Notes under the pieces: model-generated
What the model was told of the DNA's origin: nothing
Database searches by the model: none
Seen by the model: only the letters and a program-made list of their open reading frames with translations
Made by a program: the position numbers and the translations under genes
Source of the DNA: Asterionella formosa
Taxonomy: Eukaryota
DNA: 57,910 nucleotides
Direction: 5' to 3'
NCBI GenBank assembly: GCA_002256025.1
Contig: NKIB01013421.1
Span: forward strand, 1-57,910
In this document: one piece after another, positions 38,473-50,400 of the stretch
How positions within the stretch are numbered: position 1 is the first letter of the stretch
How the letters are laid out: each line of letters starts with the position of its first letter

Positions 38473-39717
38473 TCATGGCATACCACAGAAGTCTGTCCTT
38501 GAACTCGACGTCCCTTCACACCCCAGAACAGTACCTAATCCATCCTTCTGATGGCATACCAATACTCCAGCACAGTCATCATCCGTGTCGCAATCTCCCT
38601 CGCACATATTACAGGGCTTTGTTGAAGTGCATCCCACCACAGCTAAAGCCTTGGTACTGGTACCAGTGGTTGCACCTGTTCCTTCAGTGGAAGTAACGGT
38701 ACCAGTATTTGCACCTGTTCCTCCAGTGGAAGTAACAGTACCAGTAGTTTCACCTGTTCCTCCAGTGGAAGTAACAGTACCAGTTCCCCCAGTGTTGGTC
38801 CCACCGCTGGTGGAGGATTTAAAGCAGTAATCTATTCCTGAAATACCGTGGCCAAAGCAGCCAGGGACACTCTCGCTACTACTACGCATGAGACATTTGA
38901 AGTCTCCCTGACAGTCCTCATCCTGATCACAGTCACCTTCACAGATGTTGCAAGGATTGGAGCTGCTGCAGTCAGAGCCGGAAGGACGCTGCTTCAAGCT
39001 GGTCAATTCAGAGGCAGTTTCACTATTGGATGCATCTGTTCCATCGAAAGTTGTCCAGGCGTCGGTTCCGGATCTTCGTGCCACGTTACATGAGGTTACG
39101 AAGATACCCTCATGTCTCTTTGGATGGTGGTCGTCATTTGTGGTGCACCTATTTCTGCTTGCTTTGAGTTCGAAGGGAGTCCCGTCCGTCACGACCCCAA
39201 AAAAGATCTGCGCGGTTTGATCAATTGTTGTACAGGCGGTGAGTCTGATCTCGACTTCGGAGATTCGTTCCATGCAAAGGTTCGCACTTGCGGTCTTGAT
39301 CTGACCACCGAGAGAACCATCGACTGGGAGGTACGTGAATTTCTGATTAAGCTTGCTAGAATCACAAAATTCAATCCAGAGCTGCTCGCCACTTTCGCAA
39401 GTGTCTCCCTGACAAGCCATGCACCACTTGCGCTCGATCCATTCTTCTTGCCAGCAGTACCCCTCTTGCCAGAACATTTTCAGCTGAAAGGTGGATAAAA
39501 GCTTGCGTTGGTTTTTTTCTGCTGCCGTTCCTCGAAGCTTACGGGGCGTTTGGCCTTCGCGCAGAGCAAGGTTCTGCGATTCGGATGTACTGAATACTCC
39601 ATCGTCGGGAATCATTGCAGCCCCTTCGTGCAAACGACGATGAAGGCAACGGTCGTCGATTTCCCAAGCGATGGCCGCTCCAAGAAGCGTAAACTCAGCC
39701 AGCAATGAAAGCTTCAT
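38473..39717 (-). CDS. Secreted ricin-B-like plus frustulin-type protein, copy B (tandem paralog)
   Basis: Same architecture: FQLKMFWQEGYCWQEEWIERKWCM, two CEGDCD domains, T/G-rich linker. Confidence 0.82.
   Translation of the reverse strand: MKLSLLAEFTLLGAAIAWEIDDRCLHRRLHEGAAMIPDDGVFSTSESQNLALREGQTPRKLRGTAAEKNQRKLLSTFQLKMFWQEGYCWQEEWIERKWCMACQGDTCESGEQLWIEFCDSSKLNQKFTYLPVDGSLGGQIKTASANLCMERISEVEIRLTACTTIDQTAQIFFGVVTDGTPFELKASRNRCTTNDDHHPKRHEGIFVTSCNVARRSGTDAWTTFDGTDASNSETASELTSLKQRPSGSDCSSSNPCNICEGDCDQDEDCQGDFKCLMRSSSESVPGCFGHGISGIDYCFKSSTSGGTNTGGTGTVTSTGGTGETTGTVTSTGGTGANTGTVTSTEGTGATTGTSTKALAVVGCTSTKPCNMCEGDCDTDDDCAGVLVCHQKDGLGTVLGCEGTSSSRTDFCGMP
38660..38784. repeat. Coding minisatellite, 39-bp unit x ~3 (TGTVTSTGGTGxT)
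   Basis: gtaccagt...cacctgttcc.tcagtggaagtaac-like unit repeated three times inside the linker. Confidence 0.88.
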
Positions 39718-40821
39718 GGTTCCTCTACTTTGTAAAAGTACCGAAAAGGTGTGAGCATAATGTGACCATCTGATGCATAATTTAGTGACTACCCTGGTAC
39801 CGACACATAAGTTGCAGGAATGAATTCGAATTCAAATTCAAATGACAAGAGTAAAATGCCGTTTTATACATATACGATAGCTTGTTCAGTATCAACAACG
39901 GTGCTATTTCTGTCCAGTAACGTTAAATATCAAAACAGTGGGCCGATGGAAACATATATTCTTTAGGAGTAAGATTTATTTAGTCTTGTGACGGGATCCG
40001 ATAGTCAGGCATGTCAGAACGGGCTTGTGTCTTGACGTATGCTGATTATTACGGCTACATGGTACATATGGCTCAGTTTTGTCGTTGTTTGTTTCAAGCA
40101 ATGCATGTGAATGAGGTGTGGATACAGTTGATTGGCTCAGTCGGAAAAAACTCTTCTTTGATACGTCACAACATGGAGCAGTGCCACTTCACATGGTGCA
40201 CAGACAGAGCCGATCATTCCTCCAGTAGAGTATTGAAAAAATATCGGATCGTGGATCAATTGGATCAAATGACAATATGATCATATTTGAAAGAACGATG
40301 GAGCAACGAAGGAGAGGTCGTGTGGCAGGCCCCGCACAACCTCTCTGCATTCCATTCCTTGTTGCTAGTTCCCATGATGATTCATGAACAGAACACAAAT
40401 GAAAATTTTGGTAGAAACAGAGAAAATGTGATAATAACATTCACATAGAAACAATTGCCAGACCACCAATGATGTGATGATTACATTGACATGGAAACAA
40501 CTATCACTGGAACACCAAAAACACGGTCACGTTGATACAACCTACCACTAGTTTCTATTGGTAGGTACCAATTAATAACACGATCATGTAGAAACAACCT
40601 AACATTGGTATCTACAGGTGATGGAGACTGGGCAATAATGCACACGATCACGTAGAAACAATTCTGCATTGATATCTATACTAGGTGATGGACATGAATA
40701 TGCAATACATTCGAAAAATTCACATGGCCTACCGGTACTAGTACTGTATACTTGCTGGGTATTACTTCACTCATGGGAGTGCCACAATAGTGCATTGGAA
40801 AACTGAATATCCTCATGTATT

Positions 40822-40861
40822 TAGGATCATTTGATCACATTTTGAAGATCAAATGATCCTA
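40822..40861. repeat. Perfect 15-bp inverted repeat with 10-nt spacer
   Basis: taggatcatttgatc / gatcaaatgatccta. Confidence 0.85.
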
Positions 40862-41299
40862 TTTCCTGATAAAAAATTTTGATCTTTCATTTTCTCATCA
40901 ACGACACCGTTCATCATATGATCAAAGGTATAGGATGAACTATTCAAAACTTATTGATTAAAGATCATTCTTTATACCGAAGTTGTTGCTCATGCATGCA
41001 ACCCCCCACCCCATGCTGTATACAGTACGGAAGTGATTATCCCCAAGCTACCAAATTTTTATGTCTTGTAAGAATTATCACAGCATGCATGATGCATGCA
41101 TAACTCCTACTGGTATATACAATGCGGAAATAATGACCACCAGACTACTGGTACTATCAATCCTATAGGTCTTGTAGAATTATCGCAACATGGCTGCATA
41201 GATATCTAATGAAAGGGAGGAGCAGTCATCCATGAACCTGTATATGAATATGGAAATGATCAAATATAGTCTACGCAAGGAGCAGTGCATCATATATGC

Positions 41300-44200
41300 C
41301 CTGTTATTTTAATTCCTAAGAAAATTCTTGATCTGTTCTGCGCTTTTTCGCCACAATTGTTTTCATTGCTTCAATGGACAGCATTCGAATTGATTGTGCT
41401 TCGCACGAAGCAATGATCAAAGTCCACCCCATTGCAGAATGGTGAGTCTTAAAACTGCTATGTATCACCAGCCAGTCGATTAAAATGGGACTATCTTTTG
41501 TGCACCCTTGTTGTGTTTGTACATTGACTTTGACTTGGCAACTGTCAGCCAAGAGCAGCCATGCTGGTATGCCACCATATATTGGCTATACGAACTTTCG
41601 AATGCGTTCAGCTATGATAACTTTTGCTCCTAGACACTAGTATCTCACCACCCTTGTCGTAGATTTTTCTTTATCCTTTGGCTGCACAGGCTCAGGTTAC
41701 TCAATGCCTTCATCTGCAAGTTCAGCCAAGCACGTTGCGTCAAGAAAACCTCAACCCCGATTTTCCTCACATGCTCCACCCATTGACTTCTTCATTGATG
41801 AAGTTGAGATAGCTATATTGACGACGTCAGGTGGCACAGGCGTGTGTATAGATTGATGATGCCGAAAGCATTGCTTCCTTTTCCGATAGGTACCTATTTG
41901 TCAACATTGTTTGGGTCAATCCATTCTTGTTCCCGCAAGACCAGCAGCAATTATCCCTTTACTTCTCCTCCCAAGAACCTTCATTTCACTTTCTCAATTT
42001 TCTTGATGTTTGCAGAGAAATTTTAGTTCCCTTGTTTTGATTTTCCCACTGGTTTCGATCCCTTTTGCATTCAAATCAAGAAACAAGCAACTCATTGAGT
42101 TTTCTGGAGGTTTTGGTCAGTGGCACCATACAGCAACAATCAACAGATCATGGCGGCTGTTCTCCATTTTCTGTAGCAAGAAAGTGACATCCAAGAGGGT
42201 CTGGGATGATTGGGGAGGAAAATTAGGCTCCTCTGTGTTGTTTGCCCCCGCTTGTTTGTCATTCTACCATTGCTCCCTCTCAATCAATAATAGTAAACTG
42301 GAAACCGTAATTAGATGAAATGTTACTTCCGGCTTCTAATGTTTTACATTGCACTACTGAAACTTGAATCCATAAATGGGCATTCAACTTGTGCTTCTTG
42401 CATTTTTGCAGTATAAACTGGCAGGTGGTCGATAGGCCAAAGTGTCTGGCTTTTCATGAACATCTACAAATTAGTGCTTTTGTCGAGGTTTGTGTCTAAA
42501 TCCAACTGCTGCCATCCATTAAACCATTCCAGATTCATCAAAGAAAACGTTCCTGTCGTCAAAGGTAAGGAACTAGTACGATGACAAAGGAAATCAAATG
42601 AGACATGAAAATTTCGAAACCAGAATCATTCTGTTACTATACATAGGCAGACAGTCTCAAGCTTCTTTGTGCATATCGCCTGCTATGCTGCATTTCAATT
42701 CTTTATGTATTATTTTCTCGTTAGAGAGACGAAGTAACATAGAAGTAGATTGTGCTGTTCTATTATGGATGTTGTAACACTCATCGATGCTCCGGTGACA
42801 GACCGGAAACCATTCGTGTTGTGTGATGAGCCATTTTGTTTTCATAGGATTTCTTTTCAAGCTCTTAACGAATTGCATACGAACATACTGTGTACTGTAG
42901 ATGATGATTAATCGAAGACATATGATGACTTGAACAACAAATGAAGATTTCATCACAAACACTTGTTCCTCTCGACATGGCCGCTTTGTCGTTGTTGCAA
43001 GTATCAGAGTGAGGACTGGAGAGGATGATGAGCCAAATTACATTACTTTAGCTGGTACATTTTCCTACCAAGAAATTCAAATAATACAGCAATATAATAG
43101 AAACAATACATATAATAATTAAATATGTATAGTCAAAAGGGTTACTATTTAATTTACAAGGGCATCTATCAAAATTATTAGATGATATAACGAAAAATTA
43201 TGATCAGAAGATCACAATCCTATGATGCATCATGGAAATATGATGGTTTTTATTTGCAGATGCAGATAACCCCCCCCCCCTACAACAATGACTTTGACGT
43301 GTTTGTGTTTTCTTTAATGTTACCCAGATATACTAACAAAACCAAGCAAGGCCATGACCACTAGTAGTACACTCATTATGAATTGGTTAAAGAGTGTTGA
43401 CCCTTGAGATATGATGGGTTACAGCAAAAAGTCATCCAAACAACCGAAGCAGTATCTGAAAAACGAAGCTCCTTACTGCATAGCTATTGCATGATCTGTT
43501 TCAGAAAAAACAATAACAACAACTTTGACCATTTCAGACGAAACGGCCCTTATTGTTGATAATACCAATTATGGTTGCAATAGGTGCCACATCTTTGGGT
43601 CTTCACAGTGCCAAGTTTGAGTGCTGGTGTTGTTAAAGACAGTCTAATTCATTAACTCACTTGTTGATCTCTTTGATACCAATGCCTGCCTCTTCGCATT
43701 CCTAGCCTCCTGTGTTTATGAGAGTCAACAGTATCATCGAGATCAATTGCAATTAAACTTGCTGTCCTACCAGTTGTTCTTGCGATAATGGGATCATTAT
43801 GGAATGCTTTGAATTTCACAACTTCAGGTGGGTAAAAATATTCTGGACAATTTTCTAGCTTTGCATCTTTGATGCCAGAAGCATCCCTTTTCTCTCTCTT
43901 CATACAGTGTCTGGTTTTAGCAATTGAGTTGTTCTTGATAAACACCCAAACATGCGGAAGGACAATTTTCATTGCAGTTTCATCAGAATCTAGTGTTTCA
44001 CCACTAATCAACTTATAGTGTTGTCGCCACTGATTGATAAACTGAGACTTCAGGTCCCTGAATACAGCCTAAACACTTAGTTTTTGCGGCATCATCAAAG
44101 TGGTGAAGTTCAGGTAAAAAAAGGTTGGCAAACCACTGCCTCCATGGACTCTCTGATATTCAATCCAGATTCTTCTTCATTTGATTTGTCTAAGGGCTTG

Positions 44201-45500
44201 AATGCACCCACTCTTCTCGGTGGAACTCTGTTCCTACTATTTGCTTGCAGATGTCCTCCAAGTTGTTAGTCACTTTGCAAGATGAAATTGAAACACCAGA
44301 CTCGAAAATAATCTTAAGACGAAAAACTTTGATGAACATTCTTTTCTCTGTCATTGAGAAGCTTGTTGTGTGCTTCGATTGGAACTGCAAGCGTCGCTTG
44401 AGTAGCAAGGATATCCATTGGTTCTTGGATAGGCTGTAGCTAGCTAGATGATATTGCTATGTGAGTAAATTATGTCAATGTAAATGACTTTGACAGCGAA
44501 TGTACAAATAATGTTGGCATGCCAATAGCACATACTGGTGTTGATGCCCCCTGTAGAGTAGCTGTGTCAGGATCCATGGGTGTGCCACCAGAATGTTAAT
44601 AAATCAAGAATTTAGCATAGAAAGGATCCAAAAGGTTGGTTGTTGGTGTACAATATCATCATCAGCCGACAGAATCATCAATGGAATATTGAGGCATTTT
44701 CTTGCCAACAGCAATAGAACTCTCAATATTCATCATTGTCAGCTTAACCATCTGACGGAATTCTGGTTTTGTAAGGAACAGCGTTTTCCAAGAAGTTTCT
44801 AACAACACCCAAAATGTATATTTTTTCGCAGTGTAGGAAACGGCGTTTTTTGGAGTTGGAGAATCACTGCCGGGTTCGAATTCCTCGGGAATTGAAAAAT
44901 TTAGCAAATTTCCCGAATGCGATTTCCAGACCGGTAAGTAAGGGCCTTACCGGTATCATACATAGATAAATAGACACAGCTCACTCTCCACTGTTCAATA
45001 ATTGCTTGTCCTCGCTTCTCTCGGCGACTTTATCAAAAACAATGAATGGAAATACCAGCAACGAATCTTTCTTTGTCATCACTCTACCGAACCCACAGAA
45101 CATGAATAGTGCTCATCGGGCTTCTCCGTTGCCTTTAATTGTTGCTGCCACGGGGCTCCTTCTGGTTCCTTTCTTGGTCTTGTATCGACCTGGAATCAGT
45201 GACTTTTCTGTCGTTGTCACGAAATTATCGTCGAGCCTATTGGTACTTTATATTGGTATTTGTCTAGGATATGTTGGCATGCTCCATCTTGGATATCAGA
45301 TCCAAAGCCGAAGAGGACGTGGGGGGAAAAAGTGATGAGTTTTCGATAGAATGCAACAGAACAGGCATTGTGTCAGAATTGATGGCTTGTCATCTGATGT
45401 GAAAAATGTTGCATCTATGTCAGCCTCATGATCAAGTCTTTGTGTGTAGAGTTGCTTCTTCACGAGACTTGGGGGAATATTCAAATTGCGTTTAGCTGCG
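41300..45500 (-). pseudogene. Decayed coding-like sequence of unknown family, probably transposon-derived
   Basis: Chain of short minus-strand ORF fragments interrupted by stops, intron-like GT-AG segments near 44535-44458, low CpG; family not recognised. Confidence 0.4.
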
Positions 45501-45574
45501 ATTGATTCCCCCCCCGTTATTAGTACCAGTGCTTCCCTGGAGTTGCCATTCGTGTTAGCACTTTCCTACTATTT

Positions 45575-45903
45575 TAGATGGAAGTTTTGCGTGCAGAAAA
45601 ATTTGAGATCTGGCTTAGCTATCATAAGCAACAACTGATTTGGGGCGCTTTGAATGCTTGCATTTTGAAGCCATTGTTTGACAGGATCTCGTATCAGCGT
45701 TTTTAACTGGTCTTGGTGTAAAAATAGCAATAACAAGTGGCAATTGCTAGATGAAAGTGTTGCGTGCAGAAAAATTGAGATCTGGCTTGGCTATCATATA
45801 CAACAACTGATTTGAGGCGCTTTGGGTGCTTGCATTTTGAAGCCATTGTTTGACAGGATCTCGTATCAGCGTTTTTAACTGGTCTTGGCGTAAAAATGGC
45901 AAT
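45575..45903. repeat. Tandem direct duplication, ~156-bp unit, period ~173 bp
   Basis: 45575-45731 and 45748-45903 are nearly identical, including a long exact core tgcttgcattttgaagcc...ggtcttgg. Confidence 0.92.
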
Positions 45904-46010
45904 GTGATAGATTTGATGGTTGCATGTACTTGGTTACTACAATATACACTATATGAACTCTGGGTTCTGTTGGTTTTTGTAACCAGTGGCTGGGAGGATG
46001 CTAACTAATC

Positions 46011-46038
46011 TTGGACCAGGGTGCTAACCCTGGTCCAA
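46011..46038. repeat. Perfect 12-bp stem, 4-nt loop hairpin
   Basis: ttggaccagggt-gcta-accctggtccaa. Confidence 0.85.
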
Positions 46039-46085
46039 CAACGAAAAAACCACTTGCCATCTGGAAGTGCCATACATGTCGCGCA

Positions 46086-46833
46086 CTAATGACCCTCACC
46101 ATCATCCACATACCCATCTGGTAACAGTGCTTGTTCCGTCAAAACATTTTCCGAAATAAGTCCCCAAATAGGAACGTCTGAATGTCCCAAGTCCTGAAAC
46201 AACTTAGTCCGGCTCGGTGGTCCCCCCGGAGGGGGGTCGATAAAGAACGTCAACTCCACCACACACGCACACTCTACCACCTTGGCCCCCAGCATTTTGA
46301 CCAGGGTAATCGCACTGCTCAATGTCCCTCCAGTGGCCACCAAGTCGTCAATGATCAACACACGTTCGCCAGCCTTGATTTTGTCCCGCTGCACGGTGAG
46401 GCCTTCCCGCCCACCGTATTCTGTCATGTAGCTCTCGGAGGACACCGAGTTGGGCATTTTTCCTTTCTTGCGCATCATAATAAAGGGTTTCTTGAGGGCC
46501 AATGCAATGGGCGGCCCAAGAATAAAGCCCCGGGCGTCGAGACTAGCAACAAAAGGGATGAGCTACTGGACCAGTAATGGACTGAACGAACAAGAACAAA
46601 CACACACACACAGATCTCGCTCACCCCGCAATGACGTCGATTCCAATCTCCGAGTAGCGTTCCGCGAAAATGTCCACAATGCGCTGAAAGACGGCGGGCT
46701 GTGACAGAAAGCCGCCAATGTCGTAGAATCGATCAATGCCCTTGAAGGGAAAGAACGGCAGGAACTTCGCGATCTCACGGGCAGCTTCGCCGTCTTGTTC
46801 GTAGGTTGACGCCGCAGGAGGAGAGGACGACAT
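46086..46833 (-). CDS. APRT: Adenine phosphoribosyltransferase (intron 46624-46543)
   Basis: FPFKGI..FYDI, IAG|LDARGFILG, RKKGKMP, Y.TEYG, PRPP-binding VLIIDDLVATGGT; spliced CDS 666 nt. Confidence 0.93.
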
Positions 46834-47275
46834 GGTCACAGTGGTGGCTATACTGATGCAGCGACCGATGATCACGAAGCAAAGGCGGCGAATACAGGTA
46901 CCGGTGTACGAATCGGACTACCGGTATGTAGTGATTGCAATCTCGTCGGTACCAGTACTGAATAATTTTTAATTGCTTATTTTTCCTCTCGTGCCTCGAA
47001 TCTCCATTTGTTCGTTCGTTGTTCGTGTGTGCTGGGCGGCATCGCAGCCAATGCACACACCCACAGCCCCGCCAGCCGCACAACTTACCAGTACCGTTGC
47101 CGGTCCATATATATGGAAAAAGGTACCAGTAGAATAATATGCACTCCTTCCCTCGTACTCGGAACTCAGTCTACTAGCACATACGTCGAGTCTACCTGAT
47201 TATTAATCAAAACCCCTGGTACGGTAGTATGGTACCTGGTAAGAGGAAATACCAAACCGGACTACAGGTACAGTA

Positions 47276-47292
47276 TGACGTCATTATGACGT
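47276..47292. promoter_or_regulatory. Paired bZIP/aureochrome-type sites (TGACGTCA + TGACGT) in the APRT/ACCase divergent promoter
   Basis: tgacgtca at 47276-47283 and tgacgt at 47287-47292, ~200 bp upstream of the ACCase ATG. Confidence 0.5.
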
Positions 47293-47481
47293 GACTATCC
47301 ACAGGATGCCCGACCACGTACTTGGTCGCAGTACATAAGGTTAACGTTCAAAAGGATCACATTGGATTGGGCGAACAGCACGGTACGTTTTGGCTGAAAG
47401 AACAGACAGCAAGAAAGCGAGAGGCAATCATTGAAATCCTAGACTTGTTATCATTTTTTCTCACATCATCGTCGCAGCAGG

Positions 47482-50400
47482 ATGATGAGCAGTGGCTACG
47501 CCGTTGCCGTCGCATGTCTTGCGGCATCACTGGCAACTGCATCCGCCTTTTCATTGAATGGTAGGTTTCAATTTTCAAGGAAGACACGGAAGAAATGGTA
47601 TCCATTGGATGATGCCATACTCTACTTGCCTTGCCCATCGTCGTCGCCGTCCGTGTGTTTCGTTTTTATGGAATTAGCCTGTCAGGATTCCATAAATTTT
47701 GCGTTTTTCCAATCTTTTCTCCGTTGGAGCGGAATCATAAGTACAGACAAGTTTAAAATTCGAAACTTTATTTCAGTGACATCGTCAACGAATCCACACG
47801 ACATCTACACTTGTGCATTTTGGCTCCGGAAGGAATGATGTGATACTCGGTTTACACCCACTGACATCCCTAATAAGCATTGTAGAGATAGTCAGGACAT
47901 GGCAAAAACTGTTGCGATCTTGAGCATTGATGTTGTTGAACGAATGGCATGGCGATATAAATCAAGATTATGGCGCCTCCTTTCAGCATCGATAGTTGAT
48001 ATCAAAAGGATGCTGATTTTTTCGGCTGTTTCGCCATGAGTTTTCCATTGATCTCGTCTACCGGTTATTTCCATTTCCTGCGCTTGTTTGCTTCGTCAAA
48101 ACTGGTGGATTTTGCCATGTTCCTTTTCATGGTGATCGTTTCTCGTTTGGATCTATTTCTCGTATCTTTGGCACTTTTCTTCTACCCTTCGATGGTCCTC
48201 ATTCCAAGATTCCTCCAGGACACCCGTGTTCAGTAGTTTCTACTCCGAAGGAGGGAATCCTTCATTTTTGATTTGAGAAGCACCTCCACAACCGGGTTCT
48301 TGAAACACACGTACTTTGGCGATGTCACCTTGCTGACATCGCTATTATTACGCACGAGTGAGGAGAGCGATGTGTCAAGTCCAATTCCGTTTTGTACCTG
48401 TATCCTGTTGCAACACCGAGACATACTCCCTTATCATTTAACTAACTATACACCAACACTCCTCCTCTTTGTCACTGACAGCAAACTCTGCAGCCTTTGT
48501 CGCGAGCAAGAATGGTGCTTTTGTGTCACCACCAGTCCAAACATGCAGAAGCGCGTCGTGCCTTTCCATGTCCGCTGTTGAGGAGTCCATCTCCACCGAA
48601 TCAACTGCATCCAAGGCACTAGAAGACTATGTCACCTCTCGTGGAGGTGATCGTGTCATTCGGAAAATTTTGATTGCCAACAATGGTATGGCTGCTACCA
48701 AGTCGATCATTTCAATGCGCCAATGGGCGTACATGGAACTGGGAGACGAGCGAGCCATCCAATTTGTTGCCATGGCAACTCCGGAAGATCTCAAGGCGAA
48801 CGCGGAGTTTGTGCGTTTGGCGGATGCATATGTGGAAGTTCCTGGGGGAAAGAATAGCAATAACTATGCTAATGTGGATGTAATTACCAGAATCGCCAAG
48901 GAGCAAGGTGTGGATGCTGTTTGGCCTGGATGGGGTCATGCTAGTGAAAACCCAAAACTACCCACTGCCCTTCTCAACATTGGGGTTAAATTTATTGGTC
49001 CTACTTCCCCTGTCATGGCCGTTCTTGGTGACAAAATTGCAGCCAACATTCTTGCACAGACAGCCAAGGTCCCTTCCATCCCATGGAGTGGTTCTTTTGG
49101 TGGAGTCGACGACGGTCCGCTTGTCGCCGAGTTGACTGAAGAGGGAACCATTCCTGAAGAAACGTTCGAGAAGGCAACCTGCCGTACGGTCGAAGAAGCT
49201 ATTGAAGCTGCCAAACGTATCGGATACGATAACGGTATCATGATCAAGGCTTCCGAGGGAGGTGGAGGCAAGGGTATCCGTTTCGTTGCGAACGAGAAGG
49301 ATCTCGTGAACGCTTACGTCCAAGTCCAGAACGAAGTTATTGGCTCTCCTATATTCTTGATGCAACTTTGCAAGAATGCACGCCATCTTGAAGTACAGAT
49401 TGTTGGAGATCAGCACGGCAACGCTGTCGCATTAAACGGCCGTGATTGCTCAACTCAGCGTCGCTTCCAGAAGATTTTTGAGGAAGGTCCTCCTACTATC
49501 GCCAAGCCTGATATTTTCGCTGAGATGGAACAGGCTGCACAACGTTTGACCCAATCGATTGGTTACATCGGCGCTGGTACTGTCGAGTACTTATACAATG
49601 CTGACACTAACAAATACTTTTTCCTCGAGTTGAACCCTCGCCTGCAAGTAGAACATCCTGTTACTGAGGGGATTACTGGAGTAAATATGCCTGCTACACA
49701 GCTTCAGGTTGCCATGGGCATTCCTCTGTGGAACATTCCTGAAATTCGTCGATTTTATGGCAAGGACATGTACGAGATTGGTGATCCGATTAACTTCTTT
49801 GAAGACAAGTACAAGAAGATTGATTCACACGTGATCGCTGCACGAATCACGGCTGAAAATCCCGACGAGGGTTTCAAGCCAACATCGGGAACCATCGAGC
49901 GCATCAAGTTCCAGTCTACTGCCAACGTCTGGGGATATTTCAGTGTTGGGGCAAATGGAGGTATTCACGAGTTTGCTGACTCTCAGTTTGGGCATCTTTT
50001 CGCGAAGGGTGCAACTCGTGAGCAGGCTCGTAAGTCTCTCGTCTTGGCTTTGAAGGAAATTGAGGTCCGCGGTGAGATCCGAACTACTGTTGAGTATCTT
50101 GTCCAACTTCTTGAGACAAAGGCATTTAAGGAAAACACTATCGACACATCCTGGTTAGATGGACTCATCCGAGAGAAGAGTGTTCAGATTGAGAAGCCCC
50201 CTCACCTCGTTGTCACCGCTGCTGCTGTCTATAAGGCATTTATGCATGTCAAGACAGACACCGAAGCCCTTAAGGAATCGCTCCGTAAAGGACAAGTTTC
50301 CACTTCTGCAATCACCAAAATCAATTCATTTGACCTTGAAATTGCTTACCTGGACACCAAGTACCTTTTCCATGTCGAGCGCACTGCTCCCGATGTTTAT

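Noticed and set aside
45575..45903. CRISPR-like array or LTR pair
   Set aside because: Only two long adjacent units, no spacer series, no TG...CA ends or internal retroelement
47834..47870. Possible C/D-box snoRNA in the ACCase intron (atgatg...ctga)
   Set aside because: C box imperfect, spacing too short, no recognisable rRNA guide
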